DNA of 64,000 bases, from positions 8,380 through 72,379 of the forward strand of contig JAYOTG010000008.1 of the NCBI GenBank assembly GCA_038150305.1, given 5' to 3'. This stretch comes from Candidatus Poseidoniales archaeon. Its GTDB lineage: Archaea > Thermoplasmatota > Poseidoniia > Poseidoniales > Poseidoniaceae. This document shows, piece by piece, positions 52,091-60,021 of this stretch; the first letter of the stretch is position 1, and every line of letters begins with the position of its first letter. Below the pieces are notes generated by a model, which was given only the letters and a program-made list of their open reading frames with translations, was not told the origin of the DNA and did not search any database. The translations under genes and the position numbers were made by a program.

Positions 52091-54373
52091 ATGACCAAGA
52101 CAACGTGTGCGATCTGTACCGTGACCTGTGAAGAACCGCAGCGCCACTGCCGCTTGTGTGCAGGCATCCTGATGGCCCATGGCGAACACCGCTGGCTGGA
52201 TTTGGTTCCAGAACAGTTTGTGGCGGACGCCCGCAAAACCCTCGGGGGAAGGTCAACCTCACGCGCACGCTGGGGCGCGCTCAAGGACGAGGAAAGGGTC
52301 CTCGACGCAGGGATGTGGGCCCGCTTGGAGGACGAACGAGATGATCCGATCGCCGAATGGCATGCGGGTCAAGCGGCGTTTGAGGCGGCCGCAGCGGCCG
52401 TGCGCACAAAGGAAGGTGCATCTCGAAGCGACCTCCGCGCACTTGCACAAGGCGTGACCTTGTCCACCGGGCACCTCATGCAGTTCTCAGATGAAGGCAT
52501 GCTCATCGACGGACGAGGGCCTTTTCCGCATGCGCCTTGGAAGGACTTGCTCGAGCTCATGGCCTCGCCCCGTCGACGCGGATGGGACCTTCTGGGGTTG
52601 GCCTTGGCGGCCTCCGCTGTGTCGGGACCTGTGCTCCGAATCCCACGGCGCCCACTCGGATTTGGCGGCCATCACGAGGTCACGGATCGCCACCCTGCTC
52701 GACCGCTCATGCGCTGGTTGGGCATCTTGCGTCGCTTGCATGAACCGCTTGATCCCGTCACGAAGATGTGGGTCGGGGATCTGGAAGAAACCCCTCCGTT
52801 CCACTGGCAAGGACGGGGGGCCCGTGGGCCACAGCGCGAGGCGCTGGACGAGATGATCCGAAACCGGCCTCATCAGATCGCTGTGGGCCGGATCGAGCCG
52901 TGGGTCACGGCGTGGAACACGGCCGAGGAAGTCGTCCATCGACCGCTTCCGCAGGCCTTGAGCAGCAGCGAGGGGCGCCTGTCGCTTCGCGTGGCTCGCT
53001 TCAGGCGAGGAGGCGACGTCGTGACCGTCAAGGTCCCACGAGACCCGAGGCTGTGGGCATGGTTGCTCGGCTGGGTGCTTCAACCGCCGTGGGCGGAGGA
53101 GCGAGCACGCCTCCATGCCCTGATTGTGGCGTGGAACGGGGGTTCGTCCAACGACGTTGCCCCTGCGCTTGCTCGCTCAATCGTCCTCTTTCACAACGTC
53201 ATGAGGCAGGCCGGAGAACGAGTGCACATCGAAGGCGAGCGCGTGCTGATCCGTGGCCGGTTTGGCCATGGGTACGAGGTGCAGATCGGTCGCGGCGCCC
53301 ATGGCGCGCCCTTTGTTGTGCGCGGCGTGGACGGAAAGGGCCGAGCCACGGACCCGCCGCTGTGCATCACCGAAGACCGCACGGGCCCGACGCGCCCGGT
53401 TGGCGACGTTCTGGCCACGGTCGTCCTGAGCCTGCTTGATGACGTCGCCACGGCCGAAACCATCGAGCCGCTTCATCGCTTCATGCACCGGATTTCTCCG
53501 GCCTTTGAAAGCGACACCGCACAAGTCGGGGACCTCGGTTTGGGCGAGGCTTTGCCCTGGTATCGTCCTGAGGTCGCGCTGCAGAACCGGAGCTTCGAGC
53601 CCTTTTGGTACGCCGGTGGAGCGCTGCGCAACGGCAACGTGCTCAGCCAAGAAAAGTACATCGAAGCATGGATTGCGGCCATGGCTGAGGACGGCAACCG
53701 TCCGCGTCGACCCCGTCGTCGTCACCTGCATCGCTTCTGGCATCAGGTGCGCAATCCCCCCTATCAGGCTCAAGGCGAGGAAGGCGAACTCCAACGCATG
53801 CTCCGTGAACGCATGGATCAGATGGGCGAAGGGCGGAACTTTGAGGGTGCATTTCGCGAGTTCCTCCATCTCCAGGGCATGGACCCAAACCCCATGGAAG
53901 GGTTCGCTGCCCTCCGGGGCCGTGTGCACATCCACGACGGTGACGGGCGACCGCATCAGCGCCCCGACATCCGTGAGGCCCCGCTCCGTTTCAGCGACCT
54001 GTATGCGCGCGTTTGGACGGTCTTGGGGCGTTCTGCGCTTGGCCGAGAGGTGCGCCTCCGCCGCGCCACGCCATACGACGTCGAACTTCCCACCGGCATG
54101 CGCTTCACGGTTCGGGACCACCGGGAGCATCAGTTCCTCCGGCGCCTCCTACGCTTGTCAGGGTGGGAGCGGGGCGACGGCCCGCTTCACTTTGTGCGCC
54201 GACGGCCTTGGCATCGTGGCGCAGCGGCTCGCTTGGCACGGGAACTTAACCGCATGCAGGAGCACATGGACGGTCAGGCCAACGTGCCGTGGTGGTGGAA
54301 CTACCCGCGCGAGGAATTCATCGATGAGGACATCCTGAACGACTGGCGCCTTCGCGAAGACCTCACGGATTGA
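52091..54373 (+). CDS. Hypothetical roughly 760-aa protein with an N-terminal C4 zinc-ribbon, divergent from the addBA operon
   Basis: The start reads 'MTKTTCAICTVTCEEPQRHCRLCAG'. The long ORF has good third-position GC bias. No Walker or nuclease motifs were recognised. It is Trp/Arg-rich and ends 'PWWWNYPREEFIDEDILNDWRLREDLTD'. Confidence 0.5.
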   Translation: MTKTTCAICTVTCEEPQRHCRLCAGILMAHGEHRWLDLVPEQFVADARKTLGGRSTSRARWGALKDEERVLDAGMWARLEDERDDPIAEWHAGQAAFEAAAAAVRTKEGASRSDLRALAQGVTLSTGHLMQFSDEGMLIDGRGPFPHAPWKDLLELMASPRRRGWDLLGLALAASAVSGPVLRIPRRPLGFGGHHEVTDRHPARPLMRWLGILRRLHEPLDPVTKMWVGDLEETPPFHWQGRGARGPQREALDEMIRNRPHQIAVGRIEPWVTAWNTAEEVVHRPLPQALSSSEGRLSLRVARFRRGGDVVTVKVPRDPRLWAWLLGWVLQPPWAEERARLHALIVAWNGGSSNDVAPALARSIVLFHNVMRQAGERVHIEGERVLIRGRFGHGYEVQIGRGAHGAPFVVRGVDGKGRATDPPLCITEDRTGPTRPVGDVLATVVLSLLDDVATAETIEPLHRFMHRISPAFESDTAQVGDLGLGEALPWYRPEVALQNRSFEPFWYAGGALRNGNVLSQEKYIEAWIAAMAEDGNRPRRPRRRHLHRFWHQVRNPPYQAQGEEGELQRMLRERMDQMGEGRNFEGAFREFLHLQGMDPNPMEGFAALRGRVHIHDGDGRPHQRPDIREAPLRFSDLYARVWTVLGRSALGREVRLRRATPYDVELPTGMRFTVRDHREHQFLRRLLRLSGWERGDGPLHFVRRRPWHRGAAARLARELNRMQEHMDGQANVPWWWNYPREEFIDEDILNDWRLREDLTD

Positions 54374-55280
54374 CGTCGTTGCGACGAGCAGCGGCAGCCA
54401 GCGCGAGCAGGGCAAGCCCTGCGCCGGGTGCGGGGAGGCCGCGTTCGGCCGGCTCCGTGACCGGTTCTGGCTCCTCCACCACCTCTGGGGTGGTGGGTGG
54501 GACCAGGCTGTGAACGAGGTAGACCTCGAGATCGTCGCCGTCAAAGGCCGGAGGAAGCGCAAGTGCGGACGAGCCCTGCAGCGACACCGCTTCGTGCCAC
54601 ACGAGTTCATCGACGGTGCTGATGCTCCGAACGATGTGGGGGTAGTCCTCCTGCCCGTTGGTGCCTTCAGGGAAGTTTGCCGTGGCTTCCACCACCCACA
54701 CCTCAAGACGAACGAGGTGCCCGTCCCAAACGCTGCTCGGTGGCAGGTTCACGTCCCAGGTGACCGTCGTGCTGCCGCTTTGTGCGGCGGTCCACGAAAA
54801 GACGCTGGTGCCGCCTGCTGGCATATCGAGGCTCTGATTGGCCAGAGCACGGTAATCGTCCAGGAGGCTGTCGCCTTCAGGCACGCTTCCAATGACGTAG
54901 GTCGTGCCGTTGAAGACCACTGTAGGCGGCGCGCGGCGGTCGTAGCGCTGTTCCCAGCGCTCGTCAAGGGCATCGCTGCCAAAGGGATCCTCGGTCTCAC
55001 CGATGGAGCGATGGAACGCGAAAATGTGACCTCCACGCTCAGCGACCAAATCCTCCAAAGCGTGCTCAACGTCGACGCAATTCGTGCACCACGTGGCGGT
55101 GTAATCCTCCAAGATGGGATCCAAGTTCTCCAAGGCGACGGCACTTGAGTTGGCCGATGAGACCGCTCCGCCATGGCTGCCGAACACCGCACCGTCGTCA
55201 ACGGCAACCGGGGCTCCGGCTTGGACGTTCAGCGGGAGCAGGACGACCAACGTGACCAGGATCAGGGCGATACGACGCAT
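54363..55280 (-). CDS. Secreted thioredoxin-fold protein (CxxC) with a PGF-CTERM-like C-terminal anchor
   Basis: The signal peptide is MRRIALILVTLVVLLPLNVQA. The active site is 'ATWCTNC' (WCxxC). The C-terminus is 'PAPGAGLALLALAAAARRNDVNP'. Confidence 0.6.
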   Translation of the reverse strand: MRRIALILVTLVVLLPLNVQAGAPVAVDDGAVFGSHGGAVSSANSSAVALENLDPILEDYTATWCTNCVDVEHALEDLVAERGGHIFAFHRSIGETEDPFGSDALDERWEQRYDRRAPPTVVFNGTTYVIGSVPEGDSLLDDYRALANQSLDMPAGGTSVFSWTAAQSGSTTVTWDVNLPPSSVWDGHLVRLEVWVVEATANFPEGTNGQEDYPHIVRSISTVDELVWHEAVSLQGSSALALPPAFDGDDLEVYLVHSLVPPTTPEVVEEPEPVTEPAERGLPAPGAGLALLALAAAARRNDVNP

Positions 55281-55326
55281 GCCCCGAGGCGGGGTTTGTG
55301 CGACTTCAACCTTCCACCGTTGCGAA

Positions 55327-56373
55327 TCAGGGGATGGCAGCAATTGCGCCCAACACTTGTTCGACGTCCTCGTCGCTCACGTGCAAATGGAGCACCATGC
55401 GGCACGTGCTGTCGTTCAAGGTCAGGACGTCGATGCCGTGGGCTGCAAGGTGGTCCAAGGTGGCTTGACCCGACCAGCCTTCCACACCGAAATACACCAT
55501 GTTCGTCTCAACACCCTCCAAATCCACGTTCCCACGAGGGTGCTGTGCAAGGGCCTCTGCGATCCGACGAGCGCGAGCATGATCCTCTGCCATTCGATCC
55601 ACGTGGTGGTCAAGCGCGTGCAGACCGGCGGCGGCAATGATGCCGACTTGACGCATGCCGCCGCCGAACATCTTGCGCCAGCGGTGGGAGCGCGCAATGA
55701 AATCCACACCGCCGACGAGCATGGAGCCCATGGGTGCGCCCAAGCCTTTCGAGAGGCAAATGGCGACGCTATCCCACCCCTGAAGCATGCGTTCTGCGGA
55801 GGTGCCGGTGGCCACCGCCGCGTTCATCAAGCGAGCACCGTCCACGTGCAGCGCACACCCCATCTCCCGACCAACGGCCGCGATGGCGTCCAGATCCTCG
55901 AGGGCGTAGCATGAGCCCCCGCCGCGGTTGGAGGTGTTCTCGATGCAGATGAGGCGCCCGTCGGGATAGTGGCTTCCAGAGCCGTCGGCCTTGCGAATGG
56001 CCGACCTGACGTGAGCGGGGGCCATTCGACCTCGGTCCCCGTCAACAAAAGCCACGGAACAACCGGACAATGCGGCGAATCCACCGCCTTCGTAGAGGTA
56101 GATGTGCGCCTCCTTTTCGAGGACGATTTCATCGCCAGGACGGGTGTGGGTACGGACCGCCACGGCATTGGCCATGGTCCCGGAGGGCAGGAACAACGCC
56201 GCCTCCATGCCGCACATGGCCGCCACCCGGGCCTCGAGTTCGAGCACGGTGGGGTCTTCGCCGTAGACGTCGTCCCCCACCGGGGCATTGGCCATCGCCT
56301 CGCGCATGGTTGGCGTGGGTTGCGTGACCGTGTCGCTGCGCAGGTCGATGCGATCGTTCGGCCAGTGGCGCAT
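55327..56373 (-). CDS. ltaE: Low-specificity L-threonine aldolase
   Basis: The motifs '[35 protein letters not shown]', '...[17 protein letters not shown]' and '...[10 protein letters not shown]' fit. This last contains the PLP Lys. Confidence 0.8.
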   Translation of the reverse strand: MRHWPNDRIDLRSDTVTQPTPTMREAMANAPVGDDVYGEDPTVLELEARVAAMCGMEAALFLPSGTMANAVAVRTHTRPGDEIVLEKEAHIYLYEGGGFAALSGCSVAFVDGDRGRMAPAHVRSAIRKADGSGSHYPDGRLICIENTSNRGGGSCYALEDLDAIAAVGREMGCALHVDGARLMNAAVATGTSAERMLQGWDSVAICLSKGLGAPMGSMLVGGVDFIARSHRWRKMFGGGMRQVGIIAAAGLHALDHHVDRMAEDHARARRIAEALAQHPRGNVDLEGVETNMVYFGVEGWSGQATLDHLAAHGIDVLTLNDSTCRMVLHLHVSDEDVEQVLGAIAAIP

Positions 56374-56449
56374 GATGCAGCGAGGAAGGTCTGCGCCATG
56401 AACGGTGCGGCGGCGACAACTCCATGCCATGCGCGCAGGACATGGTGGC

Positions 56450-56866
56450 ATGGGCCTGCGCAGTTGGCTTCACCGCTGGACGGCTCCGCCCCCTCCCGGT
56501 CCCGCTCCAAGCGAAGCGTGCAAACTTGTGCTCGTGGTCAACCACGGCCTCAAGATGGGCAAAGGAAAGATTGCGGCGCAGGTCGGCCACGCCAGCATCG
56601 GCGCGATGACCGGCATCCGTGAACAAGACCGAGGGCGGTTGGCGGCGTGGTTGGCCTCTGGCCAGCGGAAGGTCTGCGTCAAGGGAAACGATGCCAATCA
56701 CTTGCTCGAGCTTTCCGCCCAAGCGAAGGAAGCGGGGCTGCCCACCACACAGGTGCGCGATGCCGGTCACACGCAAATCCCGAGCGGATCGTTGACTGTG
56801 GTGGCCATCGGGCCAGCGGAGGCGTCGAAAATCGATCGCCTTACGGCGGAGCTGAAGTTGCTCTGA
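56450..56866 (+). CDS. pth2: Peptidyl-tRNA hydrolase, archaeal PTH2 type
   Basis: The motifs '[29 protein letters not shown]' and '[23 protein letters not shown]' are present. The start is uncertain: ATG at 56450 gives a roughly 23-aa extension, and GTG at 56524 gives a canonical length. Confidence 0.75.
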   Translation: MGLRSWLHRWTAPPPPGPAPSEACKLVLVVNHGLKMGKGKIAAQVGHASIGAMTGIREQDRGRLAAWLASGQRKVCVKGNDANHLLELSAQAKEAGLPTTQVRDAGHTQIPSGSLTVVAIGPAEASKIDRLTAELKLL

Positions 56867-56873
56867 TGACCGC

Positions 56874-57278
56874 TCAGCCTTGCCAGAACCGCGAGGATTC
56901 CCAGGGCAGCCCGAGCGCGATGCCGACCTCGGTCAGCACCACGTAGTTGACCACCAGGTAGAGGGTGACGGCAATGAACACCGCCGCCAAACTTGTGTTG
57001 ACGATGCGGCGACGTTCGCGCACGGCGGCGTCCAAGGTGCAGATGCCGTCCCGCCTGAAGTGCACCACAAGGCCAGCCACCAAGCACCCCGCGGAGACGG
57101 TCAGGAGGGTTGGACGGAACCAACCCCAGCCGTCTCCTCCCCAATACAGCGTGTCGGAGAGGGCCGCGGCTGAAGAGACGCTGCTCAGCCCAAAGAGCAC
57201 AAGGACGACCGAAGGCAAGCAGCACATCGTCGCAAGAAGCGATGAGCCGGCGATGGTCCGCCAAAGGCCTCTGAGCAC
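56874..57278 (-). CDS. Small membrane protein (3-4 TM) lying between the two PTH2 genes
   Basis: The ORF is 134 aa with hydrophobic helices, a 'WGGDGWGW' loop and a 'RRDGICTLD' motif. Confidence 0.4.
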   Translation of the reverse strand: MLRGLWRTIAGSSLLATMCCLPSVVLVLFGLSSVSSAAALSDTLYWGGDGWGWFRPTLLTVSAGCLVAGLVVHFRRDGICTLDAAVRERRRIVNTSLAAVFIAVTLYLVVNYVVLTEVGIALGLPWESSRFWQG

Positions 57279-57320
57279 GGTGATAGGTTTGCTCTTGCCT
57301 TCTTGAGCGTTGGTTCACCC

Positions 57321-57689
57321 TCACAGCGCCTTGAGCCGGCTGAGCAACACGTCGAGAATGCTGGATTGTGCCGGGCCGATACCGAGCACCGTCACGGTGC
57401 CTGGCGCCACTTCAGTGCGGCCCGCGTCGGTCACGGTGTGATGGACGAGCCGGTGATGCTCCGCCTCGTGGCGATGGAAGTCGAGATCCTCCAACCCCTC
57501 CACGCCAAGCACCACGATGCGTCCGTGCTCGCTCCTCCAGCGCTCAAACAGAGCTGTGGCCTGTTTCCTCGCTTTGAGGCTGCACCCGACCGCAGCGTGA
57601 GCCACTTGAGCGGCCGTTTTCCCCGGGCTCATCACCACGTCCTGTCGGACCAGCACGGCGAGGGTTGCCGAATCAGGTGAGGTGGACAT
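57321..57689 (-). CDS. Second, divergent PTH2-family peptidyl-tRNA hydrolase paralog
   Basis: The motifs 'TLAVLVRQDVVMSPGKTAAQVAHAAVGC' and 'TVTVLGIGPAQSSILDVLLSRLKAL' match the fold and length of PTH2. The G-K-G-K loop is replaced by S-P-G-K. The ATG at 57689 is preceded by GGAG. Confidence 0.65.
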   Translation of the reverse strand: MSTSPDSATLAVLVRQDVVMSPGKTAAQVAHAAVGCSLKARKQATALFERWRSEHGRIVVLGVEGLEDLDFHRHEAEHHRLVHHTVTDAGRTEVAPGTVTVLGIGPAQSSILDVLLSRLKAL

Positions 57690-58368
57690 CGGCCTCGACT
57701 CCTGGCATTTCGAGGGCATCCGGCACGTCCACTGGCGTCAACATGCGCACCATGAGGGCACCCGTCCACAGCATGATGACCGTGTTCCCAAGGGCGTGGC
57801 TCAGGTCGAAGGGCAAGCCCATCCACATCAGTGCCGGCAGCTCAGCAAGACCAACTCCGCCTCCAAGCAGCGACAGGTTGGTGACGAGGCCGAACGGCAA
57901 CGCCAGCAGGCCGGCGAAGAGGGTGGCCCGGCCGAGAAGCAGTCGGTCGTCCTGAATGAGGTTGGCATGCGCGCCGACCACCGCGATCAGGGCCCACCCC
58001 GCCGCTTGGAACACCGTCCAGTACCCGTCCCCAAGGACGGTGTTGGAGAGCGTGGTCACAAGGATGGCGAAGGCCACGCCGCGTCGAGCACCGAGGGTTG
58101 CGCCGGCCAACAGGACGGCGACCGTCACCGGCTGAACGTTCGGGAGGTTGGCCATGAGCACACGGAGCACGGCCACCACGGCGACGAAGGACATGAGAAG
58201 CACGCCGTGGTGACGCGTCAGCCGCTTGTCGCTGAGCAGCAGGAGCGTCGCGGCCCCGAGCAACACCACATCGAGCGCCAGCGCCGCAGCGGGGCTGAGC
58301 ACGGGGCCGTGGACCCCAACGCTGGCGAACATGCTTTGTGGGACGGGCCGGGCTCCTTCAAGGTTCAC
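57673..58368 (-). CDS. Polytopic membrane protein, ECF-transporter S-component-like
   Basis: The ORF is 231 aa with 5-6 hydrophobic helices and no soluble domain. It is immediately downstream of, and tail-overlapping, the PQQ/DUF4430-like gene on the same strand. Confidence 0.45.
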   Translation of the reverse strand: MNLEGARPVPQSMFASVGVHGPVLSPAAALALDVVLLGAATLLLLSDKRLTRHHGVLLMSFVAVVAVLRVLMANLPNVQPVTVAVLLAGATLGARRGVAFAILVTTLSNTVLGDGYWTVFQAAGWALIAVVGAHANLIQDDRLLLGRATLFAGLLALPFGLVTNLSLLGGGVGLAELPALMWMGLPFDLSHALGNTVIMLWTGALMVRMLTPVDVPDALEMPGVEADVHLT

Positions 58369-60021
58369 TCACGCCAAGCGCCATACGAGGACGGAGGAGG
58401 AGGGGAACGGGTACGCATCAGCGCCGACCATCGGCCGTTCGCCGTTCACGTCGTAGACCCACCCGTCGGCGGTGGTTCCATTGACGGCAGTGACCCACAT
58501 CCCGAGGGCATGTTTCTCCAACGTTACGGAAAGGCCGAGTGAATCTGCCGCAACGGTGGTGGCTTCGAGCGGCGTCGGACGAGGTTCGAATCCGCCGAAG
58601 GCAAGGGTCTCGTTGGGCAGTTCGAACACGACGACCTGCCCCCCTCGCCACGATTCCGGCCATGCCTCATCCCAGACCGGCTCTCCTTCGGGTTGTTGCG
58701 CTTGGTCCGCCCACAAGCCCATCAGCGCTGGCATCAGGGCCACCAAGGCGACCAACAGGAAGGGCGATGACCAACGCAAGGCGTGCAAAAGGCCGCGCCG
58801 GTAGAAGGCCGTTGAGCCAGCGAGGAAGGCCGCCATCAACGCGAGCGTCCAAACGACGGGAGACTTATCCGCCGGTGCTTCAGCGACCTCCAACGCCGGG
58901 CCGCTCAGCAAAGGGCACGATGTGCCGTTGCCCTGCACCTCGACGTGCCCGGCATCTTTGACCAGCAGCCAGGCCTCACCGCACATCACAGGAGGGGCCG
59001 TGCCGTGCCCACGAAGGTCCGTGCTGAACACAACATCAGCTGTTTCAGAGGTCATCGCGAAGGCGAAAAAGCCCCCATCCAGAGCGTTGATTGAACCCGT
59101 CAGCCAACCGCCCTCGGCCCGGAGCGGTCCTTGCACAGAGGCGGTCAAACGCCGGGTCACGTCCCAGCCGTCCTCCGTCCACTTGAGGACGTGAACGCCG
59201 CTGGCGTCGCCGACCGCTGCCGTGGTGCCGTTGATGGCCACCGGCATGCCAGGCGAAGCGCCTGATGTCAAGCGGTGGGCTTGCGAAGGCGAGGTTGGGC
59301 GGTGGTCCTCGCCCAAGGGTAGCCATTGGACGAGGCTGGATCGTTGGGTTTGGAGGTGCACGAGCAATCCGCCGTTGATCACCAACGGCGCATGACGGAT
59401 GGCGCCCTCAAGTTCGATGAAGGAAGGCGCCTCCCCTGGCGTCCAACTCCACAACCGACCGGATTCATCCCCAACGTGCACCGTACCGTTGACCATCGTG
59501 GCTGGATTCCTCCAACCGAGGCCTGTTTCTGCAGCGTGCAGCAGCGTGCCGTTGCTTGGGCAACGCAACTCGACGCCGTTTCGCGTGGTGATGAGCAGGC
59601 CATCGTCAACCACGGCGGGGGTCGCGGTCAGCCCCCAACCTTGGACCGTCGTGTTGGCCTGCCACAAAGGAAGGCCTGCGTCCGAAGAACGCGCTTCAAG
59701 CAGGCCGCTCGACCATGCAACGATGACCTGCTCGGGCCACGCGCCACAGGCCGAGGAGCCTGCGGGCATCAGCACCAAGTCAGCCATGTCGGGCTGCATG
59801 GTCGCCCTGCCTTCGATGACCCACTTCACCGCTCCATCCTCAGCGTAAGCGCGTACCATCGGCGGTGAAACGCCATCAAAGGTCCCTGAGGACCGGATGA
59901 GCACGTGGTCGTCCACCACCAGGGGCGCGGTGGAGACATAGCCGCCCGGAACGGTGAAGCTCGCCGAGGCAAGGGGTGTAAGGAGCAAGGCGAAAAGCAC
60001 CAGGGCAAGCCTGCTTCTCAC
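58369..60021 (-). CDS. Secreted PQQ-like beta-propeller repeat protein with internal TM helices and a C-terminal DUF4430-like domain
   Basis: The signal peptide is MRSRLALVLFALLLTPLASA. There are repeated 'APLVVDDHVLI / PAVVDDGLLI / PLVINGGLLV' propeller blades. Two TM helices follow. The C-terminal roughly 100 aa read '...LGMWVTAVNGTTADGWVYDVNGE...'. Confidence 0.6.
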   Translation of the reverse strand: MRSRLALVLFALLLTPLASASFTVPGGYVSTAPLVVDDHVLIRSSGTFDGVSPPMVRAYAEDGAVKWVIEGRATMQPDMADLVLMPAGSSACGAWPEQVIVAWSSGLLEARSSDAGLPLWQANTTVQGWGLTATPAVVDDGLLITTRNGVELRCPSNGTLLHAAETGLGWRNPATMVNGTVHVGDESGRLWSWTPGEAPSFIELEGAIRHAPLVINGGLLVHLQTQRSSLVQWLPLGEDHRPTSPSQAHRLTSGASPGMPVAINGTTAAVGDASGVHVLKWTEDGWDVTRRLTASVQGPLRAEGGWLTGSINALDGGFFAFAMTSETADVVFSTDLRGHGTAPPVMCGEAWLLVKDAGHVEVQGNGTSCPLLSGPALEVAEAPADKSPVVWTLALMAAFLAGSTAFYRRGLLHALRWSSPFLLVALVALMPALMGLWADQAQQPEGEPVWDEAWPESWRGGQVVVFELPNETLAFGGFEPRPTPLEATTVAADSLGLSVTLEKHALGMWVTAVNGTTADGWVYDVNGERPMVGADAYPFPSSSVLVWRLA

